From assembly GCA_026391475.1 (NCBI GenBank), contig JAPLED010000129.1, forward strand, positions 27,301-91,300: 64,000 nt of DNA, read 5' to 3'. Under the pieces are notes generated by a model. It was not told where the DNA came from. It worked only from the letters and a program-made list of their open reading frames with translations, and did not search any database. The DNA is from Bacteroidia bacterium (lineage in GTDB: Bacteria; Bacteroidota; Bacteroidia; Bacteroidales; VadinHA17). The translations under genes and the position numbers were made by a program. This document shows positions 39,601 through 48,166 of the stretch, one piece after another; the first letter of the stretch is position 1, and each line of letters begins with the position of its first letter.

Positions 39601-40836
39601 ATTAAAAATACCATCGTTCCCATTCAGATAGGAAGGAACAAAAATGATCTTAACCTTTGAATTTTGATTATTATGAAGGTTATTAGCTGCTATTTTTTGT
39701 AAAACCAGATCAGTCAATGGGTAATGCAGACTATGGGTAAGGTATCTGTCACCACCGTTTCCTGGTCCATTATGATACAGAATATCCACAATATCCTGCC
39801 GCGGCCCTTTATGGTAGGCAGGCATCAGTATGAAGGCAACACATTCTTTTTTAATACTATCCTTCTTGTTCAACTCCCCCAGAGAATCTATAAAAATATC
39901 AACTCCTTTATTCCTGAATTCATATCTTCCGCTGTTAACCACCAAAACACAATCTTCGGAAAGGGAATAACCAAGTACTGCCTCGGCAACGCTTTTCAGT
40001 TTCGATCTGGCAATATTTCTGGTTTTCCCGAATTTTTCATTTGCCGGAACAAAAGAATCTTCGAAACCATTAGGAGTTACTATATCAACATCCTTCCCAA
40101 GAAAGTGACTGCATTCTCTTGAAGTTATTTCGCTTACAGCGGTAAAAACATCTGCCTCAACAGCCGAAATTTTTTCGAGCGATTGTTTTGCCACAACATT
40201 GAACTCGCGTGCAACCTGAGCCGGGTTATATTCTTTCATCTTACCATAAAGCGGACGATTATTGCCCGCGATACACCGGCCAAGTACTGTGGCATGGGTT
40301 GTGAATGATGTGGCAACCCAGGGTGCAAATTTTTTCAGGTACAATATCCCTGTACCTGTCATCCACTCATGAAACTGAGCAATGATATTATGATTCTCAT
40401 AGTAAAAAATGGTAAAACTTTCGATTAGTTTACCGGCGGCATATCCAAAAAGTGCGGGTTCAACATAATCCCATTGCCCTGCAATACTGTCGAGCTTATA
40501 TGTTTCCCAGAATCCGGCAAATATTTCATTCTGCTGTCCGAAATACGGAGTAAAATCAATAAGAATCACAATTGGCTTCCCTGCAATGTTCCATCTCCCT
40601 GTTTTTACTCTTAATCCTTCTGAAGCAGCCCTGCCCTTCCATTCAGCAAATAGCGATTCGTCAGGAATAAACTCCGGATTAGTCACATCCTCCCTCCACA
40701 CATCAGGTCCTATAAGTATATAATTATCTCCAACTTCATTTACGATATTAAGCGCTTTTGTTGAGATCACCGTATGTATGCCTCCCACTTTGTTACATAC
40801 TTCCCAACTGGTTTCAAAAATAAATTCAACCTTCAT
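36613..40836 (-). CDS. Fusion protein: N-terminal eukaryote-type GT3 glycogen synthase plus C-terminal GT35 alpha-glucan phosphorylase
   Basis: The N-terminus ETSWEVCNKVGGIHTVISTKA parallels the animal/yeast glycogen synthase N-terminus. From about aa 590: YFSMEFG...YSGGLGILAGDYLKEASD and the PLP-lysine context EASGTSGEKAVMNG of the alpha-glucan phosphorylase family. It is a single uninterrupted 1407-aa ORF. Confidence 0.9.
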   Translation of the reverse strand: MKVEFIFETSWEVCNKVGGIHTVISTKALNIVNEVGDNYILIGPDVWREDVTNPEFIPDESLFAEWKGRAASEGLRVKTGRWNIAGKPIVILIDFTPYFGQQNEIFAGFWETYKLDSIAGQWDYVEPALFGYAAGKLIESFTIFYYENHNIIAQFHEWMTGTGILYLKKFAPWVATSFTTHATVLGRCIAGNNRPLYGKMKEYNPAQVAREFNVVAKQSLEKISAVEADVFTAVSEITSRECSHFLGKDVDIVTPNGFEDSFVPANEKFGKTRNIARSKLKSVAEAVLGYSLSEDCVLVVNSGRYEFRNKGVDIFIDSLGELNKKDSIKKECVAFILMPAYHKGPRQDIVDILYHNGPGNGGDRYLTHSLHYPLTDLVLQKIAANNLHNNQNSKVKIIFVPSYLNGNDGIFNIPYFDLLIGFDLSVFPSYYEPWGYTPLESLMFSIPTVTTSLSGFGLWVKKYFENPGNGISIIERTDDNENMVIADIRNFMSMFIGLNNAEIKEAREKAHAISRIAMWDSLVEYYFTAYEHALAHSSERRDEPREFIRFIEAPGLHVRKPHQVPVWKDIYVQSDVPEKLATLKELANNLWWSWNSEAESLFKSMDPSLWEQVRHNPKLLLEKIDYKRLMILEDDDDFVADLKKNFDLFSAYKNRPDDAVKPSIAYFSMEFGIHPCLRTYSGGLGILAGDYLKEASDSNMNITGVGLLYRYGYFKQKLGPRGEQLSIYEAEEFSRLPISPIKDSDGNHLSVSLAWPGRTVKIRVWEAMVGKVRLVLLDTDFEDNSPEDRTITHYLYGGDNENRLRQELILGIGGIRVLVAIGLKPDIYHSNEGHSAFISLERLRSLINDHHLTFKEALEAVRSSTLFTTHTPVPAGHDAFDEDLLRKYISHYHSRLSITWDELMDLGRCEGDSDKKFNMSYLATRMSQEVNGVSKLHGEVSRGMFNKLWPGYLKEELFIGYVTNGVHHPTWTAPEWREVYKELTGTLNFDQTDRSLWEKLYNVEDKKIYEVKTGLKKSLFSNIRKRLQTDMMEKHVSPRTLLNISSHLDEKALTIGFARRFATYKRASLLFRDLDRLARIVNNPNKPVQFIYAGKAHPNDGGGQDLIKRVFEISQMPQFTGKVIFLENYDIEMAKYLVRGVDIWLNTPTRSLEASGTSGEKAVMNGTIHFSVLDGWWVEGYRAFAGWALSKKRTYENQDLQDDIDAETIYNMLEFEIVPAYYAFNDQGVPVEWMSLVKNTMVKIAPEFTMKRMIDDYYEKYYSKLFTRNKYLIENNFEKAKELAAWKKTMREEWDNIEVLNYSFERAGENVYRSGHDYTAEIALDIKKIPKENVGVEFIITHMSKHGEHEFVASEEFKLINYKSGKCLYRANLVPEKAGSFFYGIRIYPKHKDLPHKQDFYLLRWID

Positions 40837-40867
40837 TATATGTCTATATTTGTATCCGATTATTATT

Positions 40868-42343
40868 CTATTTCTTTTTACTGCTTTTCGCCTTCTTAGC
40901 AGGTTTAAGAGGAGTTGTCTTTTTTACTGTTTTTGTTTTTGCTTTTAGTGGTCTTCCTGCACTTTTCTTTACCGGCGCCTTCGCAGAAACTTTGGTTTGC
41001 TTTTTTACCGGAATTTTTGCTTCCTTTTTGGGTTCTTTCTTTGTCAGTTTCTCAATCTCTGATGCCTGTTTTTCGATAATAATATCTTTTTCTATGATCT
41101 GTGAACCGAGCTTAAATATCTGAATCTGTTCTGCAGTATCAGGAAAATATTTTCTCAGCCTGATCTCAAAATCGCTGAGTACGTTCATATAATTCATAAA
41201 TGCGTCATATGGCGTTTCATATGGATTGAAATAGGCATGAACTGCTCCATCTGAAAAGAATTTCGTTGCCATATAGTAAAAATGGTCGCTCGACTGGAGA
41301 TATTCCCAGTCCTTTTTAATCTGGCCATCTTCACATTTATTTACCTTCCCTGCCAGGCTATATAATTTATCGAGAGCTGCAACCTGCAGCTCATTTCCGA
41401 GCCATGCGGTGATGTCGCGCTCTTCGTCAGCCCATGATATTGGAGAAGGAATGCTTATTGACGACACCGGTTGCAGTATATCGGCAATCTCCGTCGGGGT
41501 CATAAATCTGAATGGCGTTTTCTTAAGAACAGCGCCTGGCATATGATAGAGGAAATCAAATATTCCTGTCTCTTTCCAATTGTGTTCCCCGAATGTCTCA
41601 TAATCGAGAAAAATGTTTAAAAGTTCACTTTTAGGGGCAAGCTTATTTATCCATGATGCATATTTATCGGCTGTTAACGGCCATGCATTCCAGTCTCGGT
41701 TAGAGAACCGGAAAGCAATATCATCACTTAATACAAAGTTTCTCAATAGAATTTTAAGCCTGGGATTTATTGAATTACAATACAGATAGTTGGGACTTTT
41801 CCACCCCAATACATGCTTGGCGCCCTCAGTCAGAATAGACTTAAATCCCATATCAGCAACCCACGATCCTATCAGGTCAGAGTATATTAATTCAGTATTC
41901 CGGAATGATGTTGCTTCAACTCCCAGAAACTCTTTCAACATCTCTTTATGTTTTGTAACCTGGCGTTCAAATTCACTCCTGCTCTTCAGTGAAACCAGTG
42001 AATGTGAGTTGGTTTCTGCAAGGAATTCCACCATTCCCGTCTCTGCAAGCTTCCTGAATGAGTCAAGAACCTCAGGGGCATAAAGTCTGAACTGGTTGAT
42101 TACCAGACCTGAGAGGGAAAAGGTGACTTTAAACTTCCCTTTGTGCTTATGGATAAGATCCAAAATAATGTTATTAGCAGGGATGTAGCATTTCTCTGCT
42201 ACTTTTCTCATGATAGATTCATTCGAGAAATCATCATAATAATAATGATCGTGACCCAGGTCAAAAAACCTGTATCGCTTAAGCCTGAAAGGCTGATGAA
42301 CCTGAAAATAGAAGCATATCGCTTTTTTGCCTGATGCACTCAT
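40868..42343 (-). CDS. Glycoside hydrolase family 57 protein with a Lys-rich C-terminal tail
   Basis: The N-terminal FQVHQPFRL and the ETFGEHNW region are typical of GH57. The last 57 aa or so are a KKxPxK-rich tail. Confidence 0.82.
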   Translation of the reverse strand: MSASGKKAICFYFQVHQPFRLKRYRFFDLGHDHYYYDDFSNESIMRKVAEKCYIPANNIILDLIHKHKGKFKVTFSLSGLVINQFRLYAPEVLDSFRKLAETGMVEFLAETNSHSLVSLKSRSEFERQVTKHKEMLKEFLGVEATSFRNTELIYSDLIGSWVADMGFKSILTEGAKHVLGWKSPNYLYCNSINPRLKILLRNFVLSDDIAFRFSNRDWNAWPLTADKYASWINKLAPKSELLNIFLDYETFGEHNWKETGIFDFLYHMPGAVLKKTPFRFMTPTEIADILQPVSSISIPSPISWADEERDITAWLGNELQVAALDKLYSLAGKVNKCEDGQIKKDWEYLQSSDHFYYMATKFFSDGAVHAYFNPYETPYDAFMNYMNVLSDFEIRLRKYFPDTAEQIQIFKLGSQIIEKDIIIEKQASEIEKLTKKEPKKEAKIPVKKQTKVSAKAPVKKSAGRPLKAKTKTVKKTTPLKPAKKAKSSKKK

Positions 42344-42353
42344 ATCTTAATAC

Positions 42354-43646
42354 TTAATTATTCCAAATTACTCTATAATATATATCCCGTACATGCCTGA
42401 CTGAATTATCCCATTTAAGGCGGATAACTTCCTCTTTACCGTTTTTAATAAACATGTTAGACAGGGCCGGATAGTTGAGGATACCATAAATTGCATCGGC
42501 CATTGCATCAATATCCCAGAAGTCGGCTTTCACGGCATGTGTAAGTATCTCAGCAACACCCGACTGCTTACTTATAATAACAGGTACGTTCGACTGCATT
42601 GCTTCGAGCGGTGAGATACCAAATGGTTCTGATACTGATGGCATAATATAAACATCGCTCATATCCAGCATAGTAAAAACATCTGCCCCTTTAAGGAATC
42701 CCGTAAAATGGAAGCGGTCAGTTATTTTCAGTGTGGCAGCTCTTCTAATCATCCTTTCCATCATATCTCCCGAACCTGCCATGACAAACCTGACATTATC
42801 CATCACCTGAAGAACCTTATAAGCGGCTTCAATAAAATATTCAGGACCTTTCTGAAGGGTTATGCGGCCAAGAAATGTGACCACCTTTTCATCAAAACCT
42901 TTTTTAATGATAAGGTTTTCAGAAATCGTCACCGGTTCTACGGCGTTATAAACAGTTTCAACCTTTTCAGGATTGATATGGTATTTGTTTATGACAATGT
43001 CCCTGGTCAGGTTACTGACTGTGATTATTTTAGAGGCAGCATCCATTCCACTCTTCTCGATGCGGTATACATCGGGATTGACATTCCCTCCGCTACGGTC
43101 GAAGTCTGTTGCATGGACATGGATAACAAGAGGTTTCCCCGACACTTCCATGGCAGCAATACCGGCAGGATAAGCGAGCCAGTCATGCGCATGGATAATA
43201 TCAAACTCATTTTCCTCAGCTATTACAGAGGCAACGATGGCATACTTGTTTATTTCATCCATAAGGAAATCGTCATATTTTCCTGAAAAATCGACCATGC
43301 CTCTACTGTTTGTCTGGACAAAAAGACTATAACCTGAGACTTCTGATGTGACCATTTTCCAGAAATCTTCAGGATCGGTATAAGGAACAATTTTTGATGA
43401 TACTTCAATTTTTTCCAGAGGACGTCTGAACCCTTTATAATAAACCTTCTTGAATGATACCGGTACCTTGTTTGCACCAATCAGCCGGACCATGGTCTGA
43501 TCCTCATCACCCCATACCTTAGGAACAACAAAGATAACTTCCAGATCATCGAGGGTTGCCATGCCTTTTGTTAAACCAAAACTGGCAGTACCTAATCCGC
43601 CTGAGATATGAGGCGGAAATTCCCATCCAAACATTAAAACACGCAT
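42354..43646 (-). CDS. GT4-type (group 1) glycosyltransferase, putative second alpha-glucan synthase
   Basis: MRVLMFGWEFPPHISGGLGTA N-terminus and the EPFGISPLEAM E-x7-E motif. It sits between the GH57 and GH133 genes. Confidence 0.8.
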   Translation of the reverse strand: MRVLMFGWEFPPHISGGLGTASFGLTKGMATLDDLEVIFVVPKVWGDEDQTMVRLIGANKVPVSFKKVYYKGFRRPLEKIEVSSKIVPYTDPEDFWKMVTSEVSGYSLFVQTNSRGMVDFSGKYDDFLMDEINKYAIVASVIAEENEFDIIHAHDWLAYPAGIAAMEVSGKPLVIHVHATDFDRSGGNVNPDVYRIEKSGMDAASKIITVSNLTRDIVINKYHINPEKVETVYNAVEPVTISENLIIKKGFDEKVVTFLGRITLQKGPEYFIEAAYKVLQVMDNVRFVMAGSGDMMERMIRRAATLKITDRFHFTGFLKGADVFTMLDMSDVYIMPSVSEPFGISPLEAMQSNVPVIISKQSGVAEILTHAVKADFWDIDAMADAIYGILNYPALSNMFIKNGKEEVIRLKWDNSVRHVRDIYYRVIWNN

Positions 43647-43658
43647 ATCCTACCTCTA

Positions 43659-45608
43659 TTATTGATTTGCATACTTAGTTTCAAGCAGCTCGATTATTCT
43701 CAGCACCTCACCTACACTCCATGCCTGTGAAATAGCCCCCTGTGGTGAATGAGGAGGATCGCCGTCATGGATTTCGGAAATGGTACTTACTCCATGCTCA
43801 CTCATCACAGCTTCAAGACCAAAAATCAGTTTTTTTACTTTCTGTACCCCTTGTTGCCCATATACTTTCAACCAGCCTTCACAGAAGGGGCCATACAACC
43901 ATGGCCAAACAGTACCCTGATGATATGCATTATCCCTCTCCTCTTGATTTCCTTTGTATATGCCATGATAAAATTTATTACCCGGAGAAAGAGTTCTCAA
44001 CCCTCTAGTCGTAACAAGCTCTTTATCTGCAATATCCAGAACTTTCTTCATCTGTTCTTTATCAAGCATCGAATAAGGCAGCGAAACAGCAATAACCATA
44101 TTTGGCCTGACAAAATTATTTTTACCTTCATCATCGTTAATATAATCAGCCAGATAGCCCAATTTGTCATCCCAAAATATTTCAAGAAATGATTTTTTTA
44201 TCAGGTCAGCCAGTTTTTCATATTCTTTAATAAACTTTTTATCATTTTCAATCCTGGCCATTTCAAGAGAGAAGCATACAGCATTATACCAGAGTGCATT
44301 TATTTCGACAGCGTAACCTCTACGTGGTGTAACAGGAATTCCATTTACCACTGCATCCATCCAGGTAAGTGATTTCCCCGGGGCATCAGCATAAATAAGT
44401 CCGTTATCTCTCATGTGGATATTAAAAGCAGTGCCGTTTTTATAGGCATTCAGTACAGATTTTGCGGCTGTACCATATCGCTCCCATCCATCGGTGCCGC
44501 CATGTTCTACATACTGCTGAACAGCCCAAAAAAACCATAGAGGTGCATCAACTGAGTTAAAAGCGGGGTTGCTTGCATCTCCCATATTAGGGAACAAACC
44601 ATCCTTCATCCTGTTAATCTGGGTATCAAGCACCTCTCTGTAGAGAACCAGTCTGTGACGGGCCAAAGCCAGTCCCGGAAGCGAAATAAAAGTGTCTCTC
44701 CCCCATGCACCAAACCATGGATAGCCGGCAATAATAAGAGTTTTTCCTCCCCGTTTTTCAACAAATTGCTGAGCAGCATTTCTTAAACAATTAATAAAAC
44801 TATCTCTGGGAATTTTTCCGGAAACTGTCTTTGTAAACTTCTGCTTTAGTCCTGATGTCTTTTCCTCTTTCGTTGAAGCGGAAAATACTATAATATCTCC
44901 CTCTTTTGCCTCAACCTCAAAAAAACCCGGAGTAAAAAGATCTTCAGAAAAATCATATCCCCGCTTTTGTTCTTCAGGATATTCGACACCTAAGTACCAA
45001 TCAGGATTATGAATAAACTCAACATTTGCAGAAAACTGCATATATAAAGAAGGGAATCCTTCATATAATTTTGATTTGATCCCGTTTTCAATGAAGTCAA
45101 CCTTTGTATTTGCAGCCATATTGGCATGTGCCAGCTGGTGAATATTTCTGAAAACCAGAAACGGGCGTACCTGGAGCTTCATTGGTTCAGATGCTTCAAT
45201 AATCGTAAACCTGAGAAGAAATTGTTCTTTATAATGAACCAGTAATCTCTCTTGTTTCAGGATAACTCCGCCAACCCTGTAAATTCTTGACGGAATGGTA
45301 TCAGTGTTAAAGTCCTCTATATATTTATGCCCCTTTGGACTGAAATAATCACCTTTATATTTTCTTATACCCATATTAAAACTCTTGTCATTATTAACCA
45401 CTGTAACATCAAGAGAGGAGAGAAGTACAAATCTTTCGCCGCCAAACTCATCTACCGGGCATATAAGTAATCCATGGTATTTACGAGTGTTACAGCCAAC
45501 AATAGTAGTTGAGGAGTAAGATCCTGCCCTGTTTGTCCTTATGATCTCCCTTCTCAGCGAATACTCAAGGTTTACTACCTGGCTTTTTTCGAACTTAATG
45601 TAACTCAT
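43659..45608 (-). CDS. Amylo-alpha-1,6-glucosidase / glycogen debranching enzyme (GH133-like, GDE_C)
   Basis: 649 aa with GYPWFGAWGRDTFISLPGL and the AYHQGTVWPWL motif typical of GDE C-domain proteins. Confidence 0.85.
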   Translation of the reverse strand: MSYIKFEKSQVVNLEYSLRREIIRTNRAGSYSSTTIVGCNTRKYHGLLICPVDEFGGERFVLLSSLDVTVVNNDKSFNMGIRKYKGDYFSPKGHKYIEDFNTDTIPSRIYRVGGVILKQERLLVHYKEQFLLRFTIIEASEPMKLQVRPFLVFRNIHQLAHANMAANTKVDFIENGIKSKLYEGFPSLYMQFSANVEFIHNPDWYLGVEYPEEQKRGYDFSEDLFTPGFFEVEAKEGDIIVFSASTKEEKTSGLKQKFTKTVSGKIPRDSFINCLRNAAQQFVEKRGGKTLIIAGYPWFGAWGRDTFISLPGLALARHRLVLYREVLDTQINRMKDGLFPNMGDASNPAFNSVDAPLWFFWAVQQYVEHGGTDGWERYGTAAKSVLNAYKNGTAFNIHMRDNGLIYADAPGKSLTWMDAVVNGIPVTPRRGYAVEINALWYNAVCFSLEMARIENDKKFIKEYEKLADLIKKSFLEIFWDDKLGYLADYINDDEGKNNFVRPNMVIAVSLPYSMLDKEQMKKVLDIADKELVTTRGLRTLSPGNKFYHGIYKGNQEERDNAYHQGTVWPWLYGPFCEGWLKVYGQQGVQKVKKLIFGLEAVMSEHGVSTISEIHDGDPPHSPQGAISQAWSVGEVLRIIELLETKYANQ

Positions 45609-45739
45609 ATGATTACTGTTAGTCTGAAATAAAAAATCTATCTAAGATAACAATAAATATTAAAACCTGCAAACTGACCTCCCCGATGTGAAGTAAATTA
45701 ATAAAATTTCTTAATAGTAGTGCCGGATAAAAAAAAGAA

Positions 45740-45747
45740 TAACTTTG
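45740..45747 (+). promoter_or_regulatory. -7 promoter box (TAACTTTG)
   Basis: TAnnTTTG match 44 nt upstream of the ATG at 45791. Confidence 0.4.
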
Positions 45748-45790
45748 CATTTCAATATTTCAAAACAATTACCAATTAACATCTTACTTA

Positions 45791-46957
45791 ATGAATAAGA
45801 AGCTTTTTCTGTACCTGTTTGCAGCAATTTTATTTGCCGGTTGTAAAAATAATACTGTCCATATTTCAGGCAACCTGGTAAACCCTGTCATCGGAGAATA
45901 TATATTTCTTGATGAACTGAAGTCAAATGAGCTGACAACTATCGATTCCATAAAGATTGCGGATGGTGGAACATTTGATTTTAAAAGGGAGATTGAACTT
46001 CCCTCCTTTTACCTGCTCAAAATTAATGAAAATAACTTCCTGACTATGCTTGTTGAACCTGGTGAAAAAATCACTCTTAATGCATATTACGATTCGTTGA
46101 ATTATCCTATATCTATCATCGGATCAAAAGGAACAGAATCGATGGCTGAATACAACAGAACTCTCAGAAAAATCATTAATAAATTAACAGGGTTGAATAA
46201 CATTTATATGCAAAATGTTGATAGCCCTCAATTACCGGCTGTGATTGAATCGCTCGATAGTATAGCTCAGACATATCTGAATGAGATTAATTTATACACA
46301 AAGAGTTACATTGATGAGAACCTTACATCACTTGTAAGCCTTGTAGCACTATATCAACAGGTTGCGCCGAATAAATATGTTCTTAATCCTTCCAGGGATC
46401 TGAAGTATTTTGTAAAGGTTGACTCATCCATGTCTATACTGTACCCGGAATATGAGCCGGTTACTTTACTTCATAAACAGGTTCAGGAATTGGTTGCCGG
46501 TATTAAAGGGGAAACGGTTATAGCACCTGCATCAGGAGAGGGAACTGAAGCTCCCGAAATTTCACTTCCGACACCGGATGGTGATACAATTAAACTTTCG
46601 TCCACCAGGGGATCAGTTGTATTGCTAGATTTCTGGGCTGCTTGGTGCGTTCCCTGCAGGCAGGAGAGCCCTAATCTTGTTAAAGCATACAACCTTTATC
46701 ATAAGAAAGGATTTCAGATTTACCAGGTGTCGCTTGACAAAACCAAAGAAGCCTGGATGAAAGGTATTCAGGATGATAAACTTGAGAACTGGATTCATGT
46801 CAGTGACGTTCAATACTGGAATTCGGTAGTTGTTCCACTCTATAAGATTGAATCCATTCCTTATAATTTCCTTCTTGATAAAGAGGGTCGTATAATTGCT
46901 ACAACGCTCAGGGGGGAACAGTTGCAAATTAAACTGGCTGAGCTATTTAACAAATAA
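45791..46957 (+). CDS. TlpA/AhpC-TSA thioredoxin-fold lipoprotein (thiol:disulfide oxidoreductase) with an N-terminal DUF4369-like domain
   Basis: Lipobox LFAGC and the active site WAAWCVPCRQE (CxxC). Confidence 0.8.
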   Translation: MNKKLFLYLFAAILFAGCKNNTVHISGNLVNPVIGEYIFLDELKSNELTTIDSIKIADGGTFDFKREIELPSFYLLKINENNFLTMLVEPGEKITLNAYYDSLNYPISIIGSKGTESMAEYNRTLRKIINKLTGLNNIYMQNVDSPQLPAVIESLDSIAQTYLNEINLYTKSYIDENLTSLVSLVALYQQVAPNKYVLNPSRDLKYFVKVDSSMSILYPEYEPVTLLHKQVQELVAGIKGETVIAPASGEGTEAPEISLPTPDGDTIKLSSTRGSVVLLDFWAAWCVPCRQESPNLVKAYNLYHKKGFQIYQVSLDKTKEAWMKGIQDDKLENWIHVSDVQYWNSVVVPLYKIESIPYNFLLDKEGRIIATTLRGEQLQIKLAELFNK

Positions 46958-46996
46958 CAATTAAACTGAATTCAGAAAACTGGAAATCCGATTTTA

Positions 46997-48157
46997 ATGA
47001 AACGAATACTATTTTTCCTGGCTCTGGTTTTTATTATATCAGGATGCAAAGACAAGGGTACATTCTCTGTCGATGGAGTTATTAATGGTGAAACAAAAAA
47101 ATATGTCTATATCAACAGAATAGATGTAGATACTCCGGTATTAATTGACTCTTCAAAAATCAGTAAAAAAGGTGTATTCCGGTTTAAAGTCAAGGCTTCC
47201 GAAGTTGATTTTTACCAGCTTGGCTTTTCTTCAAAAGATTTCATTACTATCCTGGCTGAACCGGGGGAAAAGATCAAACTTATGTTTAACGGCAAAAATC
47301 TTTTTGAAGACTACTCTGTCAGCGGATCCGCTGGATCAGAAAAGATACAAATCCTCGATCTCGCACTTACTGATACAAAAAGAAAACTTGATTCTTTAAT
47401 TACAGCTTATAAAAAAGCCTCCGGGGGGACCGGATTTGATGTACAAGGCCCGGCACTCGAAGCAGAATACGGCAAATTGATAAAAGAACAGAGAAAAAAG
47501 AATATTGAATTCATTATTAACAACATAAACTCTCTGGCTTCAATAAAAGCTCTATACCAGAGGATCGACCCGGAAACATATGTTCTTTATGAGCAACACG
47601 ATCTCCAGTATCTTAAAATTGTCATTGATTCCCTGACACATCATTATCCAAACTCAAAACATGTACAGGCCCTTGTAAGGGATTTTGAAAAGGAGTTGAA
47701 TCAGATGTATGCAGCTCAGCTTGAGCAGATAACCAAAGATATGCCCCAAACAAAACTTGATCCTGATTTAAAAAATATTGCGGGAAAGAGAATAGCACTC
47801 TCCTCGCTCAGGGGAAAATATGTTCTCCTGACATTCTGGTCGGTCCGGTCAAAAGATTGTATTGAGGAAAACCTGCAGCTGAAGGAGTTTTACAAACAAT
47901 ACAATAAAAAAGGATTTGAGATATATCAGATCAATCTCGACGAAAGTGAATCGGACTGGAAATCGGCTGTTAAATTTGATGAATTGCCATGGATCAGCAC
48001 CAGGGAAGATGATCCCCTCAATCCAAAAAATGCGTTGATCTTCAATGTGAAAAATCTCCCTGCCAATTATCTGTTTGACAAGGACAGTAAGATCATTGCA
48101 TCAAACCTTCACGGCAGATCACTTCAGCTGAGACTCGAACAGTTGTTTAATAAATAG
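46997..48157 (+). CDS. TlpA-like thioredoxin-fold lipoprotein paralogue lacking the CxxC motif
   Basis: Same length and architecture as the upstream gene (lipobox IISGC, shared ...LFNK C-terminus). The active-site position reads WSVRSKDCIEE, with only one Cys retained. Confidence 0.75.
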   Translation: MKRILFFLALVFIISGCKDKGTFSVDGVINGETKKYVYINRIDVDTPVLIDSSKISKKGVFRFKVKASEVDFYQLGFSSKDFITILAEPGEKIKLMFNGKNLFEDYSVSGSAGSEKIQILDLALTDTKRKLDSLITAYKKASGGTGFDVQGPALEAEYGKLIKEQRKKNIEFIINNINSLASIKALYQRIDPETYVLYEQHDLQYLKIVIDSLTHHYPNSKHVQALVRDFEKELNQMYAAQLEQITKDMPQTKLDPDLKNIAGKRIALSSLRGKYVLLTFWSVRSKDCIEENLQLKEFYKQYNKKGFEIYQINLDESESDWKSAVKFDELPWISTREDDPLNPKNALIFNVKNLPANYLFDKDSKIIASNLHGRSLQLRLEQLFNK

Positions 48158-48166
48158 ACATTCACT

